A stretch of 64,000 bases of DNA from Macrostomum lignano (taxonomy: Eukaryota), in NCBI GenBank assembly GCA_002269645.1, contig NIVC01001545.1, forward strand, positions 180,886 to 244,885, written 5' to 3'. Position 1 is the stretch's first letter; every line of letters starts with the position of its first letter. Positions 34,596-48,892 of the stretch are shown piece after piece. Both the position numbers and the translations under genes were made by a program. The notes under the pieces are model-generated. The model saw only the letters and a list, made by a program, of their open reading frames with translations. It was not told where the DNA came from and did not search any database.

Positions 34596-36899
34596 ATGTA
34601 TACAAGAAGGTATAAAGGGATGCAACAGGTACTAGTCCAATGGGATGATGTCTCCCAAGGTGCACAGCACTATGTTACCATAGATGACCTAAAAGGAATG
34701 ATTGTTCCAGGAGCAAAGGTTTCATTTGATGACAAAGAAAACATCTGGGAAGGCACAATTGTGCAGAAAAAAATAATACCAGAATTGCCTACTTGTAAGA
34801 AAAGGAAAAATAGAACAAATGCCCTGGCTACAAGCATCAAGGAGCTGCCAGGACCTGGCTAGTCTGATTCTGCATGCGCAGCTGCTGCAACTGGTGAGCT
34901 GCCAGGACCCGGCCAGTCTGGTTCTGCATGTGAAGCTGCTGCAACTGGTGAGCCCCCAGGACCCAGCCAGTCTGGTTCTGCATGCGCAGCTGCTAGTGAG
35001 CTGGAGTCAGATGCTGCTGTGTCATCAATTAGTAATGGTTGCGGCTTGGTCCACTCTGTAGTCAGCAATTTCCAGTTGAATCTGAGTTTTTCAAAATTGT
35101 GTTGGAGGAGATTGTCGACGATGTTGCACAACTTTACGACTCTACTCAGGGTTCAAATCAACATGACTGGCTTAATGAGTATTATGAAGGAGTCATAGGT
35201 GTTGCCTTTATTGATGATGAAATTGAGCAGAAAGTTGCTGACGAACTTGTCGCTTCGTATTCTGTTGCGGCTGCTGCAACTTCTCTGGCTTCATTGTCTG
35301 TTGTGGCTTCTTCCACTGCTTAGGCTTCTTATCTGGTGCTGCTTCAAGTAGTGTCGATATCGTTGGAGAGGAAGTCAAGCAAAAGGGCATCGCGAACCCA
35401 AGCAAGAAAGAAGTGGGGAAGAAATATGTGTGCCCATTTCCAAAGAAGGGCGAGACAGAGCCGCAGCATGGCATTGTTGGCTCTCGGCTAAGTCAACACA
35501 TCTGTGAGTCACACCGAGACCTTCTAAATGGCAACTCAATTGAATCACTGTCCAGAAAATCAAGCTGCATATGCAAAGTATGTTACCACCAGATGAGTGC
35601 CCAACCAAGGTTCCGTGTCCAGAGTGTGGCCTTCTGTACCTAAAATGGGCCTTGAATCAACACCTTGAATACACCCACAAAGTTCCTAAAGGCCAAACCT
35701 CATCTGCTAAGAAGCAGAAGGCTTTCAAGGAACTAAAAGTAGCCATTACCAAAGGAAATGCAATGACGGAATTGGATAAGGAAATCCTTGAGTACAGTAG
35801 CTGGCTGCTAAAATGGGAAGGCACAGGCCTGTGCAAGAGTACCATTGATCGTTTGACTCGAATGATTGGGCAAATGTGTGAAGAGTGCGGCTTCGAGGGT
35901 CTAATGGATTTTCTGAAGCAAGATTATCGAGATCAACTCAATGGAATTGTGGAGAGAGAAGGTCTTTGCACTAAGTCAGGAGGCAGATTTTATCTTGACG
36001 CCTTGATGCACCTTGTTTCCTTCCTTCGAGCACGTCGCTTTGTAGAGGTCTGCGAAGGTGAGTTGAATTTTCACCTCCTCAAATTTGAGGACTGCATGAA
36101 GCGCCTCGTTAAAACCTACAGCCACAAAGTGAAGCCTTACAATGCCGAATTGCGAGACAAGCTGGATTCCAACCTGCTGAAGAACGAAGAGGTTGCTGAA
36201 CTGCACAAGGAGGTTGTAGACTTGCTGGACAAGGCAACGAACCTGATGGAAAAACAGCCTGATAGTCCAGCTTTCTCACTAGCGATTTCAGCAGCTTTCT
36301 GCTTTTCTGAGCCAGATGGCAACGCCAGCTGACCAGATGTTGTTGATAATGCAACAATCGTCGAAGCAAGGAGTTGGCTTGAAAACCAGGAGGATGAGTT
36401 TAAGGTGCACAAGCACAAGACTGCCAATATCTATGGTGCAGTGCGGATTGGCGTGGACAGCTACCACCAACTTCTGGCTAAATTTTGCCAAAAGAGAGTC
36501 AATGAAAGTAAAGCCGACTCTAAACCTCTGTTTTAAATTGAGTGTGGATGGACAACCCTCTGGATGCGTCAACGAGCCAGCAACATCAAGATCCAACATG
36601 TGACAAACACAGCCTATCGAAAGTATATTGAAACCTGGAGCAAATTGCTGCTGGACCCTGAGGCGCAAAAGGCAGTTTCGAAGCGATTGGTACACCGTGA
36701 AAATGTTGCCAGGCAATTGTATCAGGCAACTGTGGCTCATGAAACGATGGCTGCAAAAATGTCAATCTGTGGAATGCTAACAACAGTTGCCGATCCCAAT
36801 CGAGCAAAGGATTTAGTGGAACTCGAATCCAAGCAACCTGTAGAGAAAAAACTTCACTTGGCCTGGCAAGCGGCCATTGTTGCCACCTATGATATTTGA
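34596..36899 (+). pseudogene. Decayed zinc-finger + tyrosine recombinase ORF (Crypton-like)
   Basis: C2H2-like CPF...LSQH...H and CPECG...LNQHL..TH; recombinase motifs: degenerate NAQRP, HKT..YG (36414), T.YRK (36615), H......Y (36693, 36720). In-frame TAA at 36534 and frameshifts. Confidence 0.65.
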
Positions 36900-39800
36900 A
36901 AGTGCAGATGAGTCGCAGAATGATCAGCCTAGACCATCAACCAAAATCAAGAAGTCAGCCAATGTGACCAAGCAGTCTACAGTTAAGTTGCCACTGCAGA
37001 AAACGCCGATCAAGTCGAAAGGCAGAGCCAAGTAGTCAGCCAATGTGATCAAACAGTATAGTTAAGCAGCTGTCCAGCAAAGATTGACTGAAGTGAATGA
37101 TACTGGACAAAAAAGGAGGCGCAAAGATACAGTTCTTCAGGCCTGAAGTGTGAAGATGACATGACTTATAAGTACATTCATTTTCTTTTGTTAAACTTGC
37201 AATTCGTGCTGAAAAGGAGTACACATTGAGCATTTAGGATTTTTAGAGATAGGTGATTAAATAGAAGCTGCTAATATTAGATTTATTTGACCATAGATAA
37301 AATGCTACTGTCAGTCACACCAAAGACAAGTCACCAAAGACAGTCAACATGAAAAGTGATATTCAAGCTTTAAAATGAATACAAATAGAATTACTACTTG
37401 ATTTTTGGCCTTAGAACAAGAGTTTTCAACAAAATTAATATAAAATTAAAGTGAATTGCTAAGGAAATGGCATGGCTGAAAATCTTTCTTTTGTCTAAGT
37501 TTGTTGCAAGCCAATATTCGCATTTTATTTTACTAGGCAAAATTCTTTATGCTGCTTCATAGAAACTATAATTGATAGACTAAATGTTTGCTGCATTCTT
37601 CTTTTAATAGTCTGATCTTTATTCAGCCTTATTTTCATTGCAAAATGCTTTTCTATGGTTGCCAAGCTGATGCAGTCTTGCTCATTTTTTATTAAGGACT
37701 TTGTTCCTGTGACGGTTTGCAATTTGCATTCATTTTTAGTTTTGTCCAGTTTCTTGGCATTTTACAAACAAATAGTACTACTGTTCTTCAAATTAAACAA
37801 CTACAACTATATGACAACAACTATATGACAATGTATTCCTGTACCTAGCTTTTTATTCTGCATTTTTTAGTCTTACTATTCTCTGTATATATTGTGCTTC
37901 TAGTATTTGAACATCTTTTTAGGAAATCGATTTTATGGATTCCTTAATGTGCTCTCTGATTTGCAGTCATTTTGCCAGACTGATTCTTCATAACTGTATG
38001 TTTATAGCCCATGATCCATCAGCTAAGTTTGAACCAGAAAAAATATTGTTGCAATGTACTTTTATCACCCATATTTGAACCAACTGTCTGTTCAAGGTAT
38101 ACAAATGATTGTCTAAGTAAAAGGCCATTAACATTTATATTTACCCTGTCCATGTGTATCTAAGTTTTATTGCTAATATAATTTCTGTTGCGGACAATAT
38201 ATATTCATATGATATATACTTAGTAATAGACTTCATCATAAAGGCTTTCGATTGTTTTAAAGGCCATGATGTAGACTCAAATTCTGATTAATTACAGATC
38301 TGCATATTTTTACAGTTGGCAGCAATCATTTAAAAAGAAATGACTAAATAACTTGTAGATGTGCATATTATTACAGGGTTAATAATATTACATGCTTTTA
38401 ATCTGCTATAAGCAAAGAGTACAATTTAGCTAAACCTACAGGTATCTCACTGTACTTGTAAGTTGTTTCTAATCATCTTACCAGCAAGATTAACCTTAGT
38501 TGAACAGTTTTGTGAATTGAAATTGCAGGCACTTCTAATTTTAATTTATCAAAAGATGTGACTAACATTTTCAGCTTTCATAGAAAACACATGCACTCTT
38601 TTTCCCTTGCTACATTGTTTAAGAATGTAGGAATTCTATGTAGTAGCTACTAGCAAGCAGAAAAATAGCTCAAGTACTTGAAATGACTGCTTTTAAAATA
38701 GAGCTTGCCTAGCTTTTTCATTTAAGTGTATCACTCAGTTAAACCTGCCTTGCTAACAACAATGAATTTCAAAGAACCAATGTGTCTTAACTATGGTGGT
38801 ATTGTAGGCTAAATTTCTCTACTAAATTGGTAAGAACAGTTTTGCTTCTGCTGAAAAGTTCGCATTTTATTCAGAAAATAAAATTTGCAATCTGGAATTT
38901 TATGCTCTGTAATTTTATGAATTCCTGTAACCAAAAAGGCCCCTGGTATACATGTACACTGAAAATTCTAGCATACAAAGGGACCTAGACTCCCAAGGAG
39001 CCGCTGTCTACTAGCTGGAGAAGACAAGGACAATGACCATAGTGCAGCCCGAGAGGACCACTGCCAACCTGTTAGCTGCCCTAAGTTCAAGAAAAGAGTG
39101 AGATTCAGCAATAACGCCAACAGCTCTGCTGACTCATCAACTGCTGACAAATCCAAATCCACTAACAGTGACAACAAAGCTACTGACAAGGATCAGCCTT
39201 CAAATAAATCAATGACCTGGCAACTAGTCAATCAGAGTAGCAATCATGCAGAGGGAGCTCCAGACCCCAAACTATGCCGCCACAGCCAAAGCTGCGCCAA
39301 CAAATCCTATTGACAAATGCCGTACATTGAACTTAACTGATCACATCCTGAGGCCAGTCACCCATGAGGAGCTCCAGACCTATCAGTGTGCTGACTCTGC
39401 CATCACCATGATGATTAACTTAATCAAAAGCTAACAACCAAAGCCTCCACTAAATTAGCAATTGAATCTGACAGGCTCATTCTATATAAGATGGACATTT
39501 TTGGAAAATAGAAAAAAGTCAATATTTTTGCTTGCCATTGCCTTATCAGCCAATTTTTTTACCAAATGTTTTTTATGTGTAATATCTACAATCTAAGAAT
39601 AAATGAATGATAAAATGTTAGATTAGTATGCTATCAAGTGGCAAAAAGTCATTTTTGTAAAAATTTAGACATTTTTCTAAGCAAAAGACATCATTAAGTT
39701 TGTGTACCTTTTAAAAACAAATAGAAAGCTTTGGAAGGTTGAAACAAACTATAGATAAAAGTATAGTACTTGCATCATCAGATAAAAGTATTGGTGACCA

Positions 39801-40666
39801 AATAATCTATTATATTTTTAATATATTGGTACCTCAAAGTTACTGAATTGACAGAAAAAAATATGTTACGACCATAATGTTACGACCATAAGGCTGCCTT
39901 TTCTTTTGTATCTTTGTTGCCTTTTTGAGTTTATATATTCTACAAAAAGAGTATGATTACTAAAGATGTTCTGAGTCAAATTTTAAAAAATGTATTGCAA
40001 AATATCAAAAATAAAAATGTTATAAGACTTTTACCTTTTAGTTTCTATATGTCAAAAATCCTGTTGTTACGACCATAAGTGCCATTCAAGGTTTAATAGC
40101 ATCTATACTAATGATGATATCTACATGAAACTCTATAAAAATATTTTTGACAAAATTATCTTTCATTTAAAATATTGGTTTAGTATATTCTATTATTATA
40201 TTTCATTTTATAAGTAAAAATAGCCTGTCATGTTACGACCATGCTTATATGGAATGAGCTGACAAGAGATTAGAACAAAATCAACCCTGCTAATCAGCTT
40301 GCTCTCAAACAGCCAGCCACAGCTTAGCCTAACCTGCAAGGCAGACAGCTGGTCAAGCCAAGCCTCTGCCATCTGGAAGTACTGCCCGAAGGTGACCGAG
40401 ATCTGCCTGACATTGGCATGGAAGTTGAAATTTAAGGTATTTACCAACAAATGTAATGTTGCACCTAGTTGCTAACTATCAATGTGCATTACTGTTAGTA
40501 GTCTATTTTGCGAAGGCACTCAAAGTTGAATTTTATTGCTGTAAGCTTTGTCTACACCTGTTCTATGCTAAAAGCAGAATTTCTGATTTATTTTAATTTT
40601 CTATCACTTCCTTATGCTTGAGGGTAAAAGCAACTAATTTTCTGTCATTTCCTTATGCTTGAAGGT

Positions 40667-42608
40667 TGTCGCGACTTTCCTATTCATTTCTTAGTTCACC
40701 TTCACTTGTCTCTGTTTACTCTGTCTTCTCTCTCTCTCTGTCTAGCTCAATCTTGTTATTCTTATCTCTCTCTCTCTCTCTCTCTCCCTTGCTGCCTTCT
40801 GATTGGCTCTCCATTCTCGCCTCTCTCTTCAGTCGCGCACTCCACCCCCTCTCTTTATTATTCTAGGCTCAACCCCCCAAAGTTAAATGTTCTATAAATA
40901 TATCGGTTTGGGCCCTGCGCCCACTTACTGCTCCTTCAATTTAACTCCAATTAAATAGTTTTTAGTTTAGTTAGTATTTTCTCTACATGGCGCCCAATGT
41001 AAAATAATTTAGTCATTATAAGTCAATTCAGTAAGGCTGGCAAAGGCCATGCCATCGTCGTAGCCCTCCACCAGTCTCCTCGTCTCATCGTTCGTCGACT
41101 GCGCCCTCCCATCTCGTCAACTGTCGGCCGGAGCAGTCTCATCCCATCTCATCTCGTCTCGACTGTCTGCCGGTGCTCCTTCATCTACATGTAGTCGTCG
41201 CTCATCGTCTGCCGGGGGTGCGTCCTGCGGTATCCTCGGTCTCTCTCGGTTTCGAATTCTCGGCCGGGGCGCCGCGGGGCTCGCCTGCCGGATCGTCTCG
41301 ACTCTCTTCACTCATCGTCTGCCGGGGGTGCGTCCTGCGGTGTCCTCGGTCTCTCTCGGTTCAAATTCTCGGCCGGGGCGCCGCGGGGCTCGCCTGCCGG
41401 ATCGTCTCGACTCTCTTCACTCATCGTCTGCCGGGGGTGCGTCCTGCGGTGTCCTCTGTCTCTCTCGGTTTCAAATTCTCGGCCGGGGCGCCGCGGGGCT
41501 CGCCTGCCGGATCGTCTCGACTCTCTTCACTCATCGTCTGCCGGGGGTGCGTCCTGCGGTGTCCTCGGTCTCTCTCGGTTTCAAATTCTCGGCCGGGGCG
41601 CCGCGGGGCTCGCCTGCCGGATCGTCTCGACTCTCTTCACTCATCGTCTGCCGGGAGTGCGTCCTGCGGTGTCCTCGGTCTCTCTCGGTTTCAAATTCTC
41701 GGCCGGGGCGCCGCGGGGCTCGCCTGCCGGATCGTCTCGACTCTCTTCACTCATCGTCTGCCGGGGGTGCGTCCTGCGGTGTCCTCGGTCTCTCTCGGTT
41801 CAAATTCTCGGCCGGGGCGCCGCGGGGCTCGCCTGCCGGATCGTCTCGACTCTCTTCACTCATCGTCTGCCGGGGGTGCGTCCTGCGGTGTCCTCGGTCT
41901 CTCTCGGTTCAAATTCTCGGCCGGGGCGCCGCGGGGCTCGCCTGCCGGATCGTCTCTTCGCTCATCGCCTGCCGGATCGCCTCGTTAATTCGTCATTCAA
42001 TTTTTTTCTTTCACAATGTAAAAAATTAAATTAATTTTTTAGGGGGGAGGGTAGATGCAGTCAGTTTTTTCATTGGTTATACTCGTAACAATTTATTCAT
42101 TAAAATCGCACACGTGAAATTTCTTGGTCAATTTTGCATTCACTCTAGTCTCCACAGTTTTTGTATTGAAATTCTTAGTCGTATTTGTACACCATTGTTA
42201 AATTTGCTTTAAAGTTGTTTCTTGAACTCTAATTCAGTATTCAATTGGTACTCGAAAATTTAAAAAATGTTCCATTTTTTGGGGGGAGTGTCGCGACTTT
42301 CCTATTCATTTCTTAGTTCACCTTCACTTGTCTCTGTTTACTCTGTCTTCTCTCTCTCTCTGTCTAGCTCAATCTTGTTATTCTTATCTCTCTCTCTCTC
42401 TCTCTCCCTTGCTGCCTTCTGATTGGCTCTCCATTCTCGCCTCTCTCTTCAGTCGCGCACTCCACCCCCTCTCTTTATTATTCTAGGCTCAACCCCCCAA
42501 AGTTAAATGTTCTATAAATATATCGGTTTGGGCCCTGCGCCCACTTACTGCTCCTTCAATTTAACTCCAATTAAATAGTTTTTTAGTTTAGTTAGTATTT
42601 TTTCTACA
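40667..42608 (+). mobile_element. Non-autonomous LTR retroelement (TRIM/LARD-like), 1,942 bp
   Basis: LTRs 40667-40987 and 42289-42608 (TG..CA, about 99% identical); PBS TGGCGCCCAATGT at 40988 (tRNA-Lys-like); PPT GGGGGGAG 42281-42288; perfect 5-bp TSD AAGGT; no gag/pol motifs. Confidence 0.95.
41201..41960. repeat. Seven 109-110-bp GC/CpG-rich tandem repeats inside the LTR element
   Basis: Units begin at 41201, 41311, 41420, 41530, 41640, 41750 and about 41859. Confidence 0.95.
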
Positions 42609-45600
42609 AAGGTAAAAGCAACTAATTTCCTGGCATTTCCTTATGCTTGAAGGTAAAAGCAACTAATTTCCTGTCATTTCCTTATGCTTGAGGGCAAAAG
42701 CAGTTAACTTTTATAATTTCCTTATGCTTCTGGGATAAAAGCAGCCGTCATTTTTTCTGCCATTTCCTTACTCTTCTGGCTAAAAGCAATGTATATTTGA
42801 ACTGTCCAGTGCTTATGTACAGTGTGTAATAAACTATTTATCCAATGCAATACATTTAACTAGCACTCTTGCACTCATTATTTATCCTTATGCTTTCTGC
42901 AAAAGCATGCACCCATGCAACAATATTTATCTAATGCGTCAATATTTTATCATTGCGATACAGTAAATCTTGCTCATTTGCATTCATCTGATTATATAGC
43001 CCCATTTCATGTGACCTTCCTTGCACACAATCAAAGTGCAGAAAGTATCCTCTCTTTTCCCTTATGCTTTCCGAAGAAAAGCAACTAACTTTGTAAACCT
43101 CTGGGTTCAATTTAACTAGAGGTATTTTCTCTTTTCAATTTGTGAGCCCACTGTCTAAGGGCCAAACTGTCTTTTGCCTAGCTCAGGTCAAGCCACCCTG
43201 GACCCTAGCCTTGTCCTCAGTGGAGGGCATTCTAGGATTTGACCTCTTTCTTTGTTCTGATTTTTTTGAGCCTGGGAATTTTGTGAGGTCCACTAGTTTG
43301 GCTCTTCCCCAGTGCCATTTGTTTTCCCCTGTTCATTGTAACTCCTTATTGAGCCCCCCACTTGATATATTGGTCATTAACCTGCCCTACTATTATTTCT
43401 ATTATACTATTTTAACTTTCTATTTACACGATACTCAGCTTTTCCTAACTGCCAACCTGTTTAATGTGAGCAATTCAAGGCGCCCCATCTGGTTCGTTTG
43501 GCTCCAGACCCCTGCCACGTAGTTATCTGCTTTATTGCCTTTTGATTTCATGTGCCTACCTTATCTCTGTGCGGGCCTACCATAGAGTGCATGAGGGGTG
43601 CCAGCCAGCTCCCACAGTTGAGCTTCCCTCCTTTTTTTCCTGCACACTGACTCCAATTGTTTCTCTATACCAGAATTCAGATTGCACTATTCAATTTGCT
43701 TTGCGATTAATTTGATATTCAACCTGCAATCATCTCCATGCTATGTGGACTATGGAACTCAACCCTATATGGGGAGGCGCCACCCCTGCTGTTAGCCCGT
43801 CCTTGATGGAACTCCTCGAGGAAGGTGCACACAAGCCTATGAGGATTGCTAAAGCAAAGCCTCCAGCGCCATCACCAAGTCCAGACGCCTGGATAGACGG
43901 CTATATGGACACAGTGAAGGCAGCCTGGACATTGGAAGTTGCCAAGATGGATATCCTCCAGTTCATAGAGCACAATCATGACATGCCATCTCCACCGCCA
44001 GCCAGCTGGTACAAAGACATTAGCCCAGAGTTGCCTGCCACTCAGCCCTAGCAGGAGGCCCATTCGCCGCCTATCACCAAACTAGAGCCTGCCCAGCTCC
44101 TAGCAGAACTGCTCAGCTGGGAGGTCAAGAGCAGCCTGGGCACCCGGCGAGTAAATGATTGCCAAAATTGGTCAAGCTTTGCCTGGCACTATTTGCCGCA
44201 AGCAGCTGCCCTAGCCATTGATGCAGTTACTACCTAGCTAGGAGAGTGCCTAAATGACGAGCCGGGACTGCAGGTCAACCTAACCTGTTGCCTTGTTGCC
44301 CTGTCTATTGAACATGTGGCGCTGCGCTGAGGTATCTCCCCCAGGCTAGAAAGATTCTTCTATAGTGCACGCGTTGCCAGTTGGGTTGCTGCCCCTGATT
44401 GGCCAGCCAAAGCCAAGGACTTTGCTGATGCCATGGATCAGCCTCAGCCACCTGAAGCTGCCCAGCCCTCGTGCCAGCGCTGCAATGATGACGGCAACTG
44501 CAATGACTGACCCGTAAACTGTGGTAGACAAGCCCCGCAAGCCAAGGCCACAACTGAATGAATGTGCAAGGGTTTGCGGACTTTTTTTCTGACTTTTGTA
44601 GGGCACCCCAAGCATGTGGCAGTTGGGTTGCCACTTTGATTATTGAAACTTCCTACTAAAAATATTTGTCAATTAAAAAGTTTTCTGCAAATTTAATTGT
44701 GCGCCCCAACTCGCAAAAATTTTGCATTTCTTTCCCAATTGTTGTTTATTGGGCTGCAGTCATGGCTATTATCATATTTCACAATTTTTTTATGCCTACC
44801 TGTGGGCTGCTGCGTCACTTTCTCTAGCCATCACCTTCCTATACGTCCCAGTTTTGTTCTTCCAATTGGTCCCACTGATGACTCAATGTTTCCCCACTCT
44901 TGTTTTGCTGATTTTGTCCTTAAATTCTGCGCAAATTGCTATTGCTCAACCCCATGTCCACTCCTTTGTCCAACCTGCTATCCAGCTGCCCATCCAAGTC
45001 TTGCCCCTGTTGTTGAAATTTATGTTAATCTATTTATATGCATGCCTTAAGCACTACTACTGTAACCCTTCTCCTACTGTTGTGACTTCTTTCCCGTGAC
45101 CATTAGCATTTAGGGAAGTTAAGTTTAGTGTTAAGTTTGTGGTAATCCTTTGTTTAATTTTCATTAAGCTACTAGCAGACAATCTTAGCATCATTTAAGC
45201 CACATTCCACTTTGGTATATTTGGTTGTACCAAATATTTAATACCTGCCTGCTAAAATAATTATTTTCTTAATATCCAGCTGACAATAATAATAACAATA
45301 ATCTGCAATAATATTATTTTCATTAATTAATTAATTAAGCCCATAGCTTATCTCGAGTTATTTGCCAACGGGGCATAAAACAAACCAAGTTCTCATCTCA
45401 AAGAAAGCTCTGAGACTAATTTTCATTCCATAATATGAGAACTATGGTGGTGGAACCTCTACCCTACTGATAGTAATCAGCTAAGTGTATTTGACATATA
45501 CTGACTTTGGCATCTATGACCCAATTTGAATGACCGTGCCTACTCAATGACTGCTCGTCTATAACCACAACTACCCTGCTCTTGGATTTAATACCCCGGC

Positions 45601-46859
45601 AGTTGGACCATAGTCCAGATCATAGCAGGCATATGCCAGAATGAAAATTCATTTTTTAATTTTACGTCAACGTAAAATTAAAAAAAGTTTACGCCAAGAC
45701 TAAAATTGTTTATATGCCATTTTTATTGAATATATATTTTTAGAAATTCAAAACTTTTACTAAACTTTAAAATAGCTTTTTTGTGTACTAGTGCTATGCC
45801 TTTATCATAGTATACTCGAATGTTCTTTCAATGTAATAACTGTATATTCGAATCTTTCTTAGAAACTGAATCTACGCGAACGCCAAATAATAGTTTGTTT
45901 TAATGCGCGAAATAAATTGGAGAATTATTTTTTTGTTTTAATTGTATGTGGGGGAAATCACTATATATAGGAGTGGTTTCGCGACAAATATACTCCAACT
46001 GTCTTTTACTCGTGAGCAAATAATTGCGAACAGAATAAGCAGTTCAATCTAAACCATTTCAAAGTCTTTGAGCTAAATAGCGACTTATTTATTTGCAAAA
46101 CCTGTGAAACGATTCTAAGAAATTTGCTAAGAGAAGGGAATTGGGACTAATTCTTGGAGATATACCAAGAGAGGCGCCGTGACCCTCTAGTCTCGGTGAA
46201 CGCCCGATTAGGACTATACACTAATACATATACCAGTACTAGACCGCTCAGGCCATAAGCTACTAGAACGCTACCAGAAAGCAAGCCATAAGCTACCAGA
46301 AACGCTACTAAGAACGCTACTAAGAACGCTACCAGAAATATTTAAATGAAATTCTAAGAAATAGTTAGGGAGTAAAAGCAAGTATAATCAGGATAACTGT
46401 AGTTGGCAAATCGGTGGGATTAAAATTGATAAAGTAAGAGGTGAAAGGCCTGTAACAACTTTGGTGGCAGCTCGTAGGATATTTAATAAACACTAATAGT
46501 TAGAAGTTTAGAAAGACAGAGCCAAAAGGCCTGTCACATTTGTTAAAAACTGATATCCTTTGTTTTAATTTTGATTTTCTTGTGATTAATAATTAAATTT
46601 ATTTTTTATTTTATAAATATTTTATATTTTAGTTTCTACCTTGAACTTGGCTATTTTTTGTATGACAACTGTGTACACTTTATGTTGAACCTGAAAATTC
46701 TATATGCCAAGTGTACACCAAGATTGTAAGTGAGAGCAAAAATATGCCAGAAAATTACAGTATAAAGGCCACCTTTGGGACTATGGCAATCGGAGTAAAA
46801 CAGAAGAAAATTTTGCTTTTTTTTGTCTACACAAATCTTCCATTTAATTATGCAAACAC

Positions 46860-48892
46860 TAGTGTTGGGCAATTTCTGTTCCTCTATTCTTCCATTACTA
46901 CAGGCAGTTACTTTTTTAGAAGTGTTATTACCAGAAGTTACTTCTTTTAGGTAACAGACTTGGTAACGGAAGTGATTTTTTATAAGTCCATTACTTCTGT
47001 TACTTTTACAATTTTTACTTTAGTGTTTTGTGTTATTTTCTTGTTTTACCTTTTTGTGCATATTTCATATTGCATATTTGCCATTGTTTATCAGTTTATT
47101 TTACTATCTCTTTAGTCTTTTTATTTGTATATTGTTCTATTTTTTCTGTGACCTTTTTACATTTTTCAATTTTATTTGTGTATTTTGTTAAGACAACCAA
47201 GACACTGGCACCAAGACACCAAGGCCTCCTGACACTGGAGACAGTCTCTGTCAACACTGAGTTGGAGGAGCTTGGCGCCAGTGGCGACGGAGCACAACTA
47301 CCATAGCACATGCGGTGCGCAGCCCACACCCTTAATCTGGTGGCATTAATGGATATGCTAGCTGCTGTGGAAGGGTCTCCCATGCTCAGGGGCCTCTTTT
47401 GCAAGGCGATTGCCAAAGCTCAAGAACTTTAGAATGCGCAAGGCCATAGCACCCTTGCTGCTGTTGCTATTCATTGCAAGCTAGGGCACAAGCTCTGTAT
47501 GCTGAATGCCACCTATTGGAACTCACTGTTCAACAGCATTCAGCAGCTGACAAAGCTCTTCAATGCCAACATGTGGCCGGCCATCAATTGCATCCTGCAG
47601 GGTTTGCTAAAGCCCCTGCTGCCATTCTAAGCTAAGGATGCGTGCATTCTGAAAGAGTATGCAGCTGCTATGGCACCAATCGCGATGGCCCTAGACTTGC
47701 TCCAGGGTGAGAATAACATCTATTTGGGACTACTACTGCCAGTTGTCACTAGTGTCCTCGCAAAGCTAGACAAGCTGAAGGCCAGAGCTGATGGTAGCAC
47801 CCTGGAGTACTGCAACTCAAGGACTTGTCAACAGCCTGCAGGACTGCATTTGATGACTATTTGAGCCCACCTTCAACAACATGGAGTGCCTGCTAGCATC
47901 AGGCTTCCACCCCCAATTCCATCTGACGTGGCTGAAGTGCTTCAATGCAACGAAGTGTCAGAGAGTGCAGCAGGCCATGGTGAATGCTGTGAGGAGCAAA
48001 CTGGAACTAGCAATGGCAAGTCAGGTCGAGGTGGTGGGAGATGGAGCCAACAGTAGCAGCCTCTCTAGTGGGAATGGCGATAACAGTGACAACTTTCTAA
48101 GCCAGCCGCAAAAGCCCCATAAGGAGGAGAACTTCAGGATGAAGGCAAAGATTATCATTCACAATTGGCTCAATGACATCTGGAAGCCAGAAGTTGGGGT
48201 CTCTAACCTGGCTTTCAAAAATATGCCAGTGATCAAAGGCCTTTTTATCCACTACAACATGGCTGTGCCTTCCAGCATTGCCATTAAGTGTGCTTTCTCA
48301 ATGGCTAAAGATGTGTTGCAAGCAAAGCGTGCACACCTTGCAGACAAGACTCTCATGCCTCTGTTGCTGCTGCAGGGAAACAGTCATCTAACATCTTAAT
48401 CTATAGACTATAGACTTAGCACTTGGACTGTTTTTTGCCAGTTGGACTCAGAAGTTTTTTGTCATTTTTTTGTCTTTTTTGTTTTTGATACTAGCAATAG
48501 CAAAGTCATCAAACAAATGTCAAAATTGTCAAAAACGAAAATTGCCAAAACTCAAAAGTCAAAGACTCAAAGTGGATTTCAAATGGCAGCTTGAAACTTT
48601 CCTGGAAGTTAATTTATTTAAACAACAAAAATGCACGATGGCCACTAAAATAATTTTGTTACTGATTAAGTGATTAATAATGAATAATGATTAGTGAATT
48701 AGTGATTATAAGGGGTTATAATGTATTTTGTTTAGCATATAGGGGTATAGAAGATATAGTACAAGTAAAAGAATATAGCCTACAAATAAAAAAATAATGG
48801 ACTTAAAGTAACAGATTACTAGAAGTTACTTTCTGTGGTAACGGAAGTTATTATAACAGAAGTTACTTTTTTGAGTAACTTGCTCAACACTG
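46860..48892 (+). mobile_element. Decayed hAT DNA transposon
   Basis: TIR-like (T/C)AGTGTTG(G/A)GCAA at both ends; subterminal AAGTTAC/GTAAC repeats; transposase remnants TYWNS (about 47510), ALDLLQGE...LLP, L.SGFHPQF and YN..VPSS.A....FS..K (dimerization domain). The TSD matches only at 4/8. Confidence 0.75.

Noticed and set aside
39307-39434. Gypsy pol-like fragment (EELQTYQCADSAI)
   Set aside because: It is a single short motif with no RT or integrase nearby; too weak to call.
41173-42034. ORFs inside the LTR element
   Set aside because: They are open only because the GC-rich 110-bp repeat lacks stops; no gag or pol motifs.
43743-44640. GC-richer decayed coding-like segment
   Set aside because: It has many stops and no recognisable domain.
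46173-46186. PBS-like GGCGCCGTGACC
   Set aside because: It is not preceded by an LTR ending in CA and no paired LTR was found.
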